Positions 35,498 through 44,097 of a stretch of DNA of 64,000 nt are shown one piece after another (position 1 is the first letter of the stretch; every line of letters starts with the position of its first letter). The DNA lies in assembly GCA_029934175.1 (NCBI GenBank), contig JAOZMT010000001.1, positions 19,286 through 83,285 of the forward strand, read 5' to 3'. The DNA is from Victivallales bacterium (GTDB lineage Bacteria; Verrucomicrobiota; Lentisphaeria; Victivallales; JAUVCU01). The notes under the pieces are model-generated. The model saw only the letters and a list, made by a program, of their open reading frames with translations, was not told where the DNA came from and did no database searches. The translations under genes and the position numbers were made by a program.

Positions 35498-35884
35498 TTA
35501 CCAAGCCTTATGCCAAGTAATAGGAGATGTATTTATATCTGTTTGTCTAATAACTTTCCAATTATTGATTCTAGCTTTATGGAAAATATCCATTAGCGTG
35601 TGTATTTGATTCGGATAGGTACAGTCTAAAACAAATCCTAAATGCCAATAATCAACATGCGCATCATCTACTCCATAACAATCTACCCTATCCTTATACA
35701 ACATAAATTTAACTATGCCTTCATATACTATTCTATCTTTCTTATTCAAAACTGTGAGTTTATCGCCCTGTTTAATTTCCAAATTTCCAATCCTTAATCC
35801 TATATCCTTACCTAAAAGCTCAAAATCTATATTTGGCCTTTTGTTTAACTTCCTTAAGTATTTATTATCTAAAAATTCATTCAT
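35498..35884 (-). CDS. small beta-rich protein, paralogue of 48013-48333
   Basis: Shares the pattern ..G..I.......KI.F.G...F..Y.D......DD.HLGFV....... with ORF 48013-48333. Both lie downstream of an amidoligase-amidotransferase pair. Confidence 0.65.
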   Translation of the reverse strand: MNEFLDNKYLRKLNKRPNIDFELLGKDIGLRIGNLEIKQGDKLTVLNKKDRIVYEGIVKFMLYKDRVDCYGVDDAHVDYWHLGFVLDCTYPNQIHTLMDIFHKARINNWKVIRQTDINTSPITWHKAW

Positions 35885-35885
35885 C

Positions 35886-36260
35886 TTAATTCTCCTTTAA
35901 ATATATTTCTTCTTCTAATGTTTTAATTTCTTCTTTGAGTTTTTTCAATCTGCTTATTTTATCTTTTCTAGCTTTTTCTTCTTTGTCAGCTTTAATAGCT
36001 TTTGCAATTTCAAAGAGAAAATCATAAAATTCATCCATTTGACTAGAAGAGTAAAAATCAGGTAAACCATTAAAGTCCTTTACAATAGCAATAAAAACTT
36101 TCTTATTGTCAATAGCATCCTTAAGTAATGGAAAAAACGTATATTTGATTCTCATTGCCCAATCTATTTTGTGACATAAATTCTCAAGTGCAACATCTGT
36201 AAAATTGCGTTTTTCTACTTTATCAAATTCTTTTTTGATTAAACTTGAAAATCTATCCAT
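35886..36260 (-). CDS. hypothetical protein with a C-terminal coiled coil
   Basis: 124-aa ORF with a GGAGG RBS and its own promoter. Confidence 0.65.
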   Translation of the reverse strand: MDRFSSLIKKEFDKVEKRNFTDVALENLCHKIDWAMRIKYTFFPLLKDAIDNKKVFIAIVKDFNGLPDFYSSSQMDEFYDFLFEIAKAIKADKEEKARKDKISRLKKLKEEIKTLEEEIYLKEN

Positions 36261-36272
36261 CTTAAACCTCCT

Positions 36273-37028
36273 TTACATTAAATAATCATTCTTTAATAGA
36301 AAGTCAATATATGTTTTCAAAGATTCTTTATAAAAGTTTTGTGTATCTAATTTCACTATTCCTGGTGCAGTATTAACATCTAATACCCAAATGATATTAT
36401 CATCATCGATAGCAATATCTATGCCTGCAAAATCTAATCCACAAGCCAATAATGCTTTTTTAGCCATTTGACTTATTTCTGGAATATTATCAATCTTTCT
36501 AAATTCATATCTATTTATTGCAGAATTTCTTATAATAAATGTATCATGTTTAATATCTCTAGGTATTTTCTCATAAGTCAAGTAATTAAATTCTTTGTTT
36601 GATAACTTAGATATATGAACTCTAAACTCTCTGGCTATTGGAATACATCTGCTAAAAATGGAAATTTTAACTTTTCTTTCTTTAATAATTTTAAGATCAT
36701 GCCTAGACATTAATAAAATTATACCATTCCCACCTTCACTATAATTTTTATATGCATAAATGGGAAAGTTATCTGCATTCAAACAATAAGGCGTTCTAAC
36801 CCTATTCTTTTTCATATAATAATAAAATAATCTCCTATTCTTTGCCACTTCAATAGCAAAGGCATTATTGATTTCAACATGTATAGTATTTATTTTTTTA
36901 GTGCTATTTCCAAATCTAATAATAATATCTTCATTTTTCAATAAGCTATCACTATTGCCATATGTATAATTACAATCTAATAAACTTGCCAATTTTTCTC
37001 CACTTTCGTTACTTGTTAGCACCATCAT
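36273..37028 (-). CDS. ATP-grasp ligase (RimK-like)
   Basis: PIYAYKNYSEGGNGIILL, REFRVHI, IIRNSAINRYEF and the C-terminal AKKALLACGLDFAGIDIAID..IIWVLDVNTAPGI follow the RimK/ATP-grasp motif order. Confidence 0.7.
   Translation of the reverse strand: MMVLTSNESGEKLASLLDCNYTYGNSDSLLKNEDIIIRFGNSTKKINTIHVEINNAFAIEVAKNRRLFYYYMKKNRVRTPYCLNADNFPIYAYKNYSEGGNGIILLMSRHDLKIIKERKVKISIFSRCIPIAREFRVHISKLSNKEFNYLTYEKIPRDIKHDTFIIRNSAINRYEFRKIDNIPEISQMAKKALLACGLDFAGIDIAIDDDNIIWVLDVNTAPGIVKLDTQNFYKESLKTYIDFLLKNDYLM
36279..36307 (-). promoter_or_regulatory. conserved early promoter TTGACT-N13-TGATTATTT
   Basis: The - strand reads TTGACTttctattaaagaaTGATTATTT. It overlaps the 3' end of the ATP-grasp gene. Confidence 0.6.
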
Positions 37029-37314
37029 CTTTCAACTCCTTTTCTATTTCCTTTTTTATTCTATCCATTTCCTTTTGGAATTCATTGCCATGTCCTTTGA
37101 CTTTCAAATGTGCTAATTCATGTGCTAGCGTTTCAATAACATCTTCTTCTTTTTTTGCATATTTGGCGTTTAATAGAATTTCTATACCATTAGTTTGGAG
37201 ATTCCTAGTGCAAACTCCTCTAATGTTTTTATCCAATTGTGTACTAATATGAATATCTACTTTCTCTTTGGTTATCTTTTCAGCTATTTCTTTTAATTTC
37301 ATCCACCTTAACAT
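37009..37314 (-). CDS. SprT/WLM-like zinc metalloprotease (minimal)
   Basis: HELAHLKVKGHGNEF fits the HExxHxxxxxH zincin motif. 101 aa. Confidence 0.6.
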   Translation of the reverse strand: MLRWMKLKEIAEKITKEKVDIHISTQLDKNIRGVCTRNLQTNGIEILLNAKYAKKEEDVIETLAHELAHLKVKGHGNEFQKEMDRIKKEIEKELKDDGANK

Positions 37315-37315
37315 A

Positions 37316-38005
37316 TTAATTCTCCTTAATTGGAACTAATTTACCTGTTTTATTGTCTATTTTATATTTTTTTACATGATTGCTATGATGATGACCATAT
37401 CCATAACCTCCATATTCATAGCCGCCACCATATGTATAAACTTTAGTTCCAAAATAAGAAGCATTACTAAAATAGATTCCTTTCTCTTCAATAAAATTAC
37501 CATATAGTATTAGCTTATATGGCAAAAGTATAATAAATTTACCAGTATCAATAGTTTCCATGTAGTTTAAACCCAAAATACTCAATAAAGTTGCAACAGC
37601 TCTACTATCTGAGAACTCTCCATCAGGGAATTTAATCCCTTTTCTTATGCAATAATAAGCTACTAAGTTTAATTTTTCTCTCCAATTTGATATCACTCCA
37701 TTATGGAATAAAACACCTTTTCTAGTTTTGCCTTCAAGTGGATTTTCTAGACTGATCTTAAATGGATGCGTTAATTCTGGAGTTTTCCCACCAGATGTAC
37801 CTGTTCTAAAATGTACAACATGTGGAAAATGACTAAAATCTTTGTAAAATTCCTTAAAGCTTTCCAAATTCATAAATCCTTTCTTGAAATATACTAATCC
37901 TTTCTTTTGCCATCCTATGCCTATTCCATCACTGTTTGTGATGAAACAGTTTTTTAGCTCTTCATTATTTAACTTTCTATATTTGCAATAAGCTATTATA
38001 CACAT
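37316..38005 (-). CDS. class II (Ntn) glutamine amidotransferase-like protein, copy 1
   Basis: The start was moved to the RBS-supported ATG at 38005 (GGAGGttaaaATG). That gives MCIIAY, with the Cys2 nucleophile typical of Ntn amidotransferases. Most positions are identical by eye to ORF 47011-47694. Confidence 0.7.
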   Translation of the reverse strand: MCIIAYCKYRKLNNEELKNCFITNSDGIGIGWQKKGLVYFKKGFMNLESFKEFYKDFSHFPHVVHFRTGTSGGKTPELTHPFKISLENPLEGKTRKGVLFHNGVISNWREKLNLVAYYCIRKGIKFPDGEFSDSRAVATLLSILGLNYMETIDTGKFIILLPYKLILYGNFIEEKGIYFSNASYFGTKVYTYGGGYEYGGYGYGHHHSNHVKKYKIDNKTGKLVPIKEN

Positions 38006-38006
38006 T

Positions 38007-39494
38007 TTAACCTCCAAAATTTATTTTGATATATCTCCTTAATGGTTTGAATATTTTTGCAACATCATCCAAGTTTTGCCTTAAGTGCCATGCAATTCCA
38101 ACTTTGCGTTTATCATTTTCAGTATATGTGTGAGATATGCGTTTGTAACCTTTAACTCTAATTCCTGACGTTACTTTTCCTCTATTTTCTCTCAATCCAA
38201 ATAATACTAACTTTACTGGCTTTTTCAATCTTAATGTTTTTGCCCAATCTGCTACTTTATTTGCAATTTTGTGATTCCATTCGTCTGCAAAGATAATTTC
38301 CAAAGGAAATGTCTTTTTTCTTCTTGTGTTATTTAACTTAAGTTTCCAAAATTGGAGAATGCTATATGGTGGTTTTGGCGGATTATTTATGAATTCTAAA
38401 AACATTGCGGCTTCTTTTCGTGTTAATTTTGCTATTTTTACATAATCATCCTCAGTTGGTGGATCATTGTATTCTATTTGCTTTCCCTTTGTAGCCAATT
38501 TGGTTAAGTTTTTTATAATCTTCATTGAGATTCTGGCGATTTCTGGATGTGCAAAGATAGCCGCACTTGGTGTACGATATTCAAAACCCCAGTCTTTAGT
38601 TTCAAAACTAGATAGTTCACCGTAACCTTCTCTATAACATAATCTGTTCGTTCTCTTTCCTAAAAAGTCATCATAAGCGGTTAAAAGTGGATATGATGGC
38701 GTAACAGGTTTAACTTTTGTACCAAACTTAAATCCTACATGAATATGTCCACCTAACGGCGCTTCATTTGCAATTTGAACATCAAACCCATCGTCTTTAA
38801 CCCGCTTTAATAATCGCTTTATGTTACTTATTACGATTCTAGGATTTGATGATGGATCTGGTCTTAATTCTAGCTGTGTACCAGCTCCATCACAACCTAT
38901 TGGATTTTCTAAGCTATCGTATACATCTCTTGCCCTTACCCAAGTATTTCTCCTTATCATAAATTCTGGATCACATCCTAAAGTAATATCAATTTTTACT
39001 TTTGGATTTTTGGCCTTTTCTACTTTGCAATTTGGCCAATTAGTATCAATGCCTAACACTCTTACTATTGCCTTCAATGCCTTGTATGCGTGTGTTAAAT
39101 TATCATATTTGTGAGTAAAATCAGTTAATAAAAGTACCTTGTGTTTAGGTAAATAATGTCCAACAAAAATTCCATTAATTTTTAACTTGATTGTATCTAC
39201 AATCTCAAAGCCAGTAAAATTATTTGTCCAATCATGGAAAATGCTTACTTGATTAAAAAATTCATCATCTATATGAATATCAATCAAAGCAAAGGGCCTA
39301 AGTCTTATCCCATTATTTTCTGCATAGATATAAACACTAAATGGTGAGTCAAGCCAAGCGGTGCAATGATTTGCAAAAAGTCTTATATATGGAAATTTCT
39401 GTGCGTAACGCCTAATAAATGATGGCAAAGCTTCAGATGGACTTCTTACGTATCTAGCCCTATCTCTTGTCAATTCTAATCTTAGTCTTTTCAT
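38007..39494 (-). CDS. glutamine-synthetase-fold carboxylate-amine ligase (Amidoligase_2-like), copy 1
   Basis: Ordered motifs GCDPEF, GCDGAGTQLELRP, GGHIHVG and WGFEYRTPSA resemble the metal/ATP ligand pattern of GS-like amidoligases. Paralogue of 45557-46996. GGAGG RBS. Confidence 0.55.
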   Translation of the reverse strand: MKRLRLELTRDRARYVRSPSEALPSFIRRYAQKFPYIRLFANHCTAWLDSPFSVYIYAENNGIRLRPFALIDIHIDDEFFNQVSIFHDWTNNFTGFEIVDTIKLKINGIFVGHYLPKHKVLLLTDFTHKYDNLTHAYKALKAIVRVLGIDTNWPNCKVEKAKNPKVKIDITLGCDPEFMIRRNTWVRARDVYDSLENPIGCDGAGTQLELRPDPSSNPRIVISNIKRLLKRVKDDGFDVQIANEAPLGGHIHVGFKFGTKVKPVTPSYPLLTAYDDFLGKRTNRLCYREGYGELSSFETKDWGFEYRTPSAAIFAHPEIARISMKIIKNLTKLATKGKQIEYNDPPTEDDYVKIAKLTRKEAAMFLEFINNPPKPPYSILQFWKLKLNNTRRKKTFPLEIIFADEWNHKIANKVADWAKTLRLKKPVKLVLFGLRENRGKVTSGIRVKGYKRISHTYTENDKRKVGIAWHLRQNLDDVAKIFKPLRRYIKINFGG

Positions 39495-39515
39495 TTCTAC
39501 CTCCTTTCATTTTTT

Positions 39516-39779
39516 TTATGCTCCAATTGAACATCTACCACACCAAGCCCAGTTGTTACCAACTTTTGGATCAATCACTATGTATTTAGCTTCATTTCCA
39601 CAATCACAACATTTAAATTCTTTACATTCTTCACAAATTGCCTTTGCCCACTTGTCTAGTTCATATAAATAAACTACCCTACCAACCATATAATAAGTTT
39701 TTAAAAATTTATCTGGTATATAAACTAATATAGTTTTCCTTTTGTCAATGCTTCCATCCCATATTTTTACTCTTATCAT
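39516..39779 (-). CDS. Cys-rich zinc-binding small protein
   Basis: CEECKEFKCCDC .. WCGRC. 87 aa. AGGAGG RBS. Confidence 0.6.
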   Translation of the reverse strand: MIRVKIWDGSIDKRKTILVYIPDKFLKTYYMVGRVVYLYELDKWAKAICEECKEFKCCDCGNEAKYIVIDPKVGNNWAWCGRCSIGA

Positions 39780-39808
39780 CTTTACCTCCTTTTTTGATTC
39801 TTACTTTT

Positions 39809-39837
39809 CAAATAATCATTTTTCACTTCAATGTCAA
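39809..39837 (-). promoter_or_regulatory. conserved early promoter TTGACA-N13-TGATTATTT
   Basis: The - strand reads TTGACAttgaagtgaaaaaTGATTATTT, in the gap upstream of ORF 39516-39779. Confidence 0.65.
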
Positions 39838-39843
39838 GACCTT

Positions 39844-40506
39844 TTATAACCAAATCCCATAATTAAATGTAAAATTGATTTTATTTCCATTCTTATTCTT
39901 TTGTGCAATTTCTCTATCTTTCTTTTTGATTTTTATCCAATCTACATGCTGACCATCTGTCCATACACTATTTTCATTTCTAACAATTAGCCCTTCATAT
40001 CCCAATTCGTATATCCACTTTTTAATCAACTGCTGCAATTCTTTCCAATCCATAACCATCCACATTGGTGCAATTCTTAAATGCTCAAAATGTTCTGTTA
40101 ATTTAGTATAATGACTAAAATAATTAAAAGTTTGCCTAGCATCAAAATTAGTTCTATCTAATTTTTGCAAAATCCCAAATAAAGCTAGATTCAAATCATC
40201 GCTAGCCTTGTTTCTTAGTAATTGATAAAAATCTTCTTTTGTTCTTCCTGCGCCATAGTATAACTCTGCCAAATAGATTCCATCTGGAAGGTTTAATTTT
40301 TTGAATTCATGCAATGCTGGATAATCCAATCTATATCTGCCGTATTTATCTTTATTAACGCTAAATACTGTATCCTTTCTTTTGATAATATATTGTAATT
40401 CACCGTCTAGTTTCAAAGATACATAACATGGAAATTTAATATTATGCTTTGACCCTCTAAATTTACATAATGGAAGCTTATAGTTCTTCTTGGAGAATGT
40501 TTTCAT
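39844..40506 (-). CDS. minimal ATP-dependent DNA/RNA ligase (nucleotidyltransferase domain only)
   Basis: Motif I SLKLDGE, motif III GIYLAELYY, motif IV YEGLIVRN and motif V DWIKIKKK. Only ~30 aa follow motif V, so no OB domain is apparent. The start was moved to the GGAGG-supported ATG at 40506. Confidence 0.7.
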   Translation of the reverse strand: MKTFSKKNYKLPLCKFRGSKHNIKFPCYVSLKLDGELQYIIKRKDTVFSVNKDKYGRYRLDYPALHEFKKLNLPDGIYLAELYYGAGRTKEDFYQLLRNKASDDLNLALFGILQKLDRTNFDARQTFNYFSHYTKLTEHFEHLRIAPMWMVMDWKELQQLIKKWIYELGYEGLIVRNENSVWTDGQHVDWIKIKKKDREIAQKNKNGNKINFTFNYGIWL

Positions 40507-40681
40507 TTTTACCTCCATAAATTTCATCGGCTTCAATCTCTATATATAATCTCCTATACAACTGATATAATTTCCAATGTTTCAAGTTTAAATCGTTCCT
40601 ATTTAATTGGTCCTCAATCTCTTTTTCATAAAATTTTACAAATGCACAAGTCATTTCCTTGTATGTTTGCTTTCCATTCAT
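40478..40681 (-). CDS. hypothetical protein
   Basis: The start was moved to the ATG at 40681 (GGGAGG RBS). Confidence 0.5.
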   Translation of the reverse strand: MNGKQTYKEMTCAFVKFYEKEIEDQLNRNDLNLKHWKLYQLYRRLYIEIEADEIYGGKNENILQEEL

Positions 40682-40734
40682 TTGGACCTCCCATCTTTGC
40701 ATTGCATGAATTACAAAGATTTTTATCCTTCATT

Positions 40735-40944
40735 TTAATTTACTGGATAATTATTATCCAATAATCCAAAAATACATACTAAATAGCCTGCTATTTTTTC
40801 AGCTGGCACTTTAAAAAAAGCACACCATTTAATAGCCCTAACCACCTTTTCTGGTGGAATGTTGCGTCTTTCTAATTCACCGATAACACTGGGAAGATCC
40901 CAACTTGAATTGGCAATGAGTTTTTTTATTTCTCTCTTATTCAT
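40735..40944 (-). CDS. hypothetical protein
   Basis: 69-aa ORF with a GGAGG RBS. Confidence 0.6.
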   Translation of the reverse strand: MNKREIKKLIANSSWDLPSVIGELERRNIPPEKVVRAIKWCAFFKVPAEKIAGYLVCIFGLLDNNYPVN

Positions 40945-40955
40945 TTTAGCCTCCT

Positions 40956-41129
40956 TTAATTTAATAATGATTCAATTACTATAGCACTATCCACTATTTG
41001 CTCTGCTCTCTCTTTTGGTATTTCATAGTCTTTTATCAATTCGTCTATAACTTCTTGGATTTGTCTTTTTGCTTCATCTTCACTTACATTATATTTTTTT
41101 GCTAATTTTTTAATTAAATTCTTTTTCAT
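40956..41129 (-). CDS. 57-aa helical protein (MKKNLIKKLAKKYNVSEDEAKRQIQEVIDEL...)
   Basis: Not in the track. GGAGGT RBS 5 nt upstream. A conserved promoter sits directly upstream. Confidence 0.55.
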   Translation of the reverse strand: MKKNLIKKLAKKYNVSEDEAKRQIQEVIDELIKDYEIPKERAEQIVDSAIVIESLLN

Positions 41130-41149
41130 CTTTTACCTCCTTACTTTCT

Positions 41150-41177
41150 TAGTAATCATTTTAAATGTAAAAGTCAA
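41150..41177 (-). promoter_or_regulatory. conserved early promoter TTGACT-N13-TGATTACTA
   Basis: The - strand reads TTGACTtttacatttaaaaTGATTACTA. Confidence 0.6.
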
Positions 41178-42331
41178 TACTCCAAAAACATAATTTTATC
41201 GTTCAATTTATTGATTGGAATTTTTCCTATTATACTGGACCTTTCCTTTCTCACTAACTCAAAATCTTTGATATAATTTTCATAGCCCTTTGGAATTCTT
41301 ATCAAAATCTTTGCAACTTTCTTAGGTTTTTCTTGAACCTTTTGTTGTGTAGGCAATATATTATTACTCTCTTCTCTTTTAATCAATTCCCCTTCCTTAT
41401 CAAATAACTCATATTTGTAAAGAGTATCTTTTTCAAAATATACCTTAACTTTTTTAACATTATCTTTTAAAGATTCTAACAACATATTAATTTTCTTTTC
41501 CTTTTCATTACTAATGCTGCAAACTTTTATCTCTTTATCTTGTATCTTTAAATAGGTTTCAACTATTGGTTTTTCCCTTTTATCTTTTTCAATTTGATAT
41601 ATAGTAATTCCATCAGGACAACTAACTGATATACTATTATTTTCTCCAAAGATTACGTCATATTTTATTATTTTATTTCCTTTCAAAACAAGCTTCAATT
41701 CCTTCATATTCTTAATCCAATCATATCTTTTTTTAAGTATTTCATAAGCTTTTTGTGCCTTAAAAGAATAGCTTGGAATTGGTTTACCATCTTCAAATGC
41801 TTTAATAACTACATCTTCTTTTTTCTCAATGTCTTCAATTACTTTCTGTATTATCAAACCGCTAATAAATGTCACTCTATATTTGATTATTTTCCCATTG
41901 GAAAGCCAAACTTTTAAATGTTTAACTTTGTTGGATTTTTCTAAATTGAATAATAAATCGTTAATTTTTTCAATCTCTGTTCCAATTGGCCAAATTTTGA
42001 ATTCCACGCCAGTGAAGGTTACCATGTGCGCTTCAATAACTGGTAAATTAACAAAATCATTTTTTACTCCAATCTCAAGCTCTTTTCCATCTTTGTATCT
42101 GATTTTATAATAATAAACATAATAATCATCACCTTTGGTAGGTTTTTTTGCATAGAGTTTTGCTGATTCAGAGTCTTTTCTTTCTAATTGTGCTTTTAAA
42201 AAAGGACATATATTTTTTAATATAGCTCTACTTATATAAGAACAAGTGGTAGCATCAATCAACATATTTTCTTCTTTGCAAAAAATTTTTATTTTTTGTT
42301 TTATTTCTGGTTTTATTTCTGTTGTAGCCAT
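41174..42331 (-). CDS. hypothetical protein with three internal repeats
   Basis: 385 aa. Repeat cores are VKHLKVWLSNGKIIKYRVTF, MKELKLVLKGNKIIKYDVIF and VKKVKVYFEKDTLYKYELFD. GGGAGG RBS. Confidence 0.7.
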   Translation of the reverse strand: MATTEIKPEIKQKIKIFCKEENMLIDATTCSYISRAILKNICPFLKAQLERKDSESAKLYAKKPTKGDDYYVYYYKIRYKDGKELEIGVKNDFVNLPVIEAHMVTFTGVEFKIWPIGTEIEKINDLLFNLEKSNKVKHLKVWLSNGKIIKYRVTFISGLIIQKVIEDIEKKEDVVIKAFEDGKPIPSYSFKAQKAYEILKKRYDWIKNMKELKLVLKGNKIIKYDVIFGENNSISVSCPDGITIYQIEKDKREKPIVETYLKIQDKEIKVCSISNEKEKKINMLLESLKDNVKKVKVYFEKDTLYKYELFDKEGELIKREESNNILPTQQKVQEKPKKVAKILIRIPKGYENYIKDFELVRKERSSIIGKIPINKLNDKIMFLEY

Positions 42332-42332
42332 T

Positions 42333-42566
42333 TTAGCCTCCCTTTAAAATAATTTGCCTAAACCAACGGTGTAAACAACAACAAATTCCCTTTTCCGCAT
42401 AGATTTTTAATCCAATGATTTTTTTGTCTTCTGTATCTCCTCTTGTATAAAGCATCTCATCTAATTCTTTATCTAATTCTGCTAATTCTTTCCAATGTTG
42501 ATGCTTCATTTTTTCATAAAGTGCTTGCCTTTGCTGTTGCCCTAACTTATTTAAAATTTCCTTCAT
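42333..42566 (-). CDS. hypothetical protein, apparently leaderless mRNA
   Basis: The ATG at 42566 lies 7-8 nt downstream of the promoter -10 element. There is no RBS. Confidence 0.55.
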   Translation of the reverse strand: MKEILNKLGQQQRQALYEKMKHQHWKELAELDKELDEMLYTRGDTEDKKIIGLKIYAEKGICCCLHRWFRQIILKGG

Positions 42567-42573
42567 ATCTTTT

Positions 42574-42601
42574 TAATAATCATTTTGAATATAAAAGTCA
42601 A
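42574..42601 (-). promoter_or_regulatory. conserved early promoter TTGACT-N13-TGATTATTA
   Basis: The - strand reads TTGACTtttatattcaaaaTGATTATTAaaaagatATG. Confidence 0.65.
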
Positions 42602-42609
42602 TCCTTTTT

Positions 42610-42996
42610 TTAAAAAAATTGATTCAAATAATCAACTATTGCCTTTTCAGTTTTCGGCATCCTTTTCAATTTAGGTCTTACTAACTTTGTTTTTTTCTTA
42701 GAACTTTCCAAGGCAGTCCTTAATTTTGCAAAACTGTCCATAATCGTTTCATTTTCCATCCAACCCAATTCCTTCCATGCTTGCCTTAAATTTTCTGCCG
42801 CTTCTGGATACCTTTTCCAATAAAAATTGGATACAAGCCCTAAAGGTTTACATTTAATATAAATAGCATTAATAACCTCACTTTCACTAAATCCTTCTTT
42901 TTGCCATTCTTCTTTGATTTTTAATAGATGTTTTTTCATTTGTTCTTTAGACATATAGGCTTTCAAGCCAATTGGCCTACCTTTTAATGTTTTCAT
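42610..42996 (-). CDS. hypothetical protein
   Basis: 128-aa ORF with a GGGGAGG RBS. Confidence 0.65.
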   Translation of the reverse strand: MKTLKGRPIGLKAYMSKEQMKKHLLKIKEEWQKEGFSESEVINAIYIKCKPLGLVSNFYWKRYPEAAENLRQAWKELGWMENETIMDSFAKLRTALESSKKKTKLVRPKLKRMPKTEKAIVDYLNQFF

Positions 42997-43297
42997 CTTT
43001 CACCTCCCCAATGCCTACAAGGCTAAATTCATTGATTTTTATTTTTATGTTTTTATTTGCTTGATTAATTTTTTCAAAGATTTTTCTTATTAAATCAGTG
43101 ACATTCCAAAAAACTATGTCTTCTGTAAATTCTTTATCTTTATTACCAATATCTACTTGGATATTGTCAAAGTAAATATAAGCTTTGCAATATATTGAAC
43201 CTTGATACTTTTTCCCTTTATTAGTTTTATTATCTTCTTTTTTATAATGTTCAAAAAACTCTAACCAGTGATCAACATAATCTTTTTTATTTTGCAT
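42977..43297 (-). CDS. hypothetical protein
   Basis: The start was moved to the ATG at 43297 (GGGAGG RBS), 1 nt after the upstream stop. Confidence 0.6.
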   Translation of the reverse strand: MQNKKDYVDHWLEFFEHYKKEDNKTNKGKKYQGSIYCKAYIYFDNIQVDIGNKDKEFTEDIVFWNVTDLIRKIFEKINQANKNIKIKINEFSLVGIGEVKDENIKR

Positions 43298-43298
43298 T

Positions 43299-43520
43299 TT
43301 AAACCTCCCTTCTAATGCCTTTTCCTTCTTTACTATCTTTATCCAAAATAGCGTCAATTTCTTTACACACTTGAGTTAACGCAGAATTGATTTTTAACCA
43401 ATTGTCATCTTCTACTAACAATTCTTTTTCCTTTCCACTACGGGAAATTATTAAACTACAATCGGTGCAGCCTATTTGTCCTATTTTTATCTCATAATTA
43501 TGTATTTTAAATAAAAGCAT
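43299..43520 (-). CDS. hypothetical protein
   Basis: 73-aa ORF with a GGAGG RBS. Confidence 0.6.
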   Translation of the reverse strand: MLLFKIHNYEIKIGQIGCTDCSLIISRSGKEKELLVEDDNWLKINSALTQVCKEIDAILDKDSKEGKGIRREV

Positions 43521-43521
43521 T

Positions 43522-43668
43522 TTAAACCTCCTTTAAATCTATTAAATAGCCTAATATAAGGAAAAGCCACATAAGTGCAAACATTCTTAAATCGTGGTAG
43601 ATTAAGTAACCTATTGCACTGCCTATACATAAAATATCTGGCAATAACCTAATAAATAATTTAATCAT
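43522..43668 (-). CDS. 48-aa membrane protein
   Basis: Not in the track. GGAGGAAAG lies directly upstream. ATGA overlap with the upstream ORF. Sequence MIKLFIRLLPDILCIGSAIGYLIYHDLRMFALMWLFLILGYLIDLKEV. Confidence 0.5.
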   Translation of the reverse strand: MIKLFIRLLPDILCIGSAIGYLIYHDLRMFALMWLFLILGYLIDLKEV

Positions 43669-43835
43669 CTTTCCTCCTTGTAAATTTTTGCTTTATATAA
43701 AAAACAATAGACATAATCCTTGCCAGTTTTAAAATCTGTTTTTGGATTTCCGCCAAAACGGCAATAGTGACACTTCAAAAAACTAACTCCCATTTCTCTT
43801 TGAAACCTATAAATATTTTTCATTTTGAACTTCAT
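43665..43835 (-). CDS. 56-aa Cys-containing small protein
   Basis: Not in the track. GGAGAG RBS. Sequence MKFKMKNIYRFQREMGVSFLKCHYCRFGGNPKTDF... Confidence 0.45.
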   Translation of the reverse strand: MKFKMKNIYRFQREMGVSFLKCHYCRFGGNPKTDFKTGKDYVYCFLYKAKIYKEER

Positions 43836-43861
43836 TTTTAACTCTCCTTTTTGCTAATTTC

Positions 43862-44086
43862 CTAATAAAGCCTTAAGATACATTCTGCATTATTTGCCCT
43901 CTCACCAATATATTCTTCTGCAACTTTTTTAGCATATTTAACTAATACATTCCCAGGAACTCCAAATGGAAGCCCGTATAAATGGGCAGGGCAATAAAAA
44001 TAGATTCTATCAATCCTTAAACCCCTGACCTTTTTTGCTATTGTCTTTTCTTCTTTGTTAAATTCTATCTCTACTTTATATGCCAT
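43862..44086 (-). CDS. hypothetical protein
   Basis: 74-aa ORF with a GGAGG RBS. Confidence 0.6.
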   Translation of the reverse strand: MAYKVEIEFNKEEKTIAKKVRGLRIDRIYFYCPAHLYGLPFGVPGNVLVKYAKKVAEEYIGERANNAECILRLY

Positions 44087-44097
44087 TTTTTTCCTCC

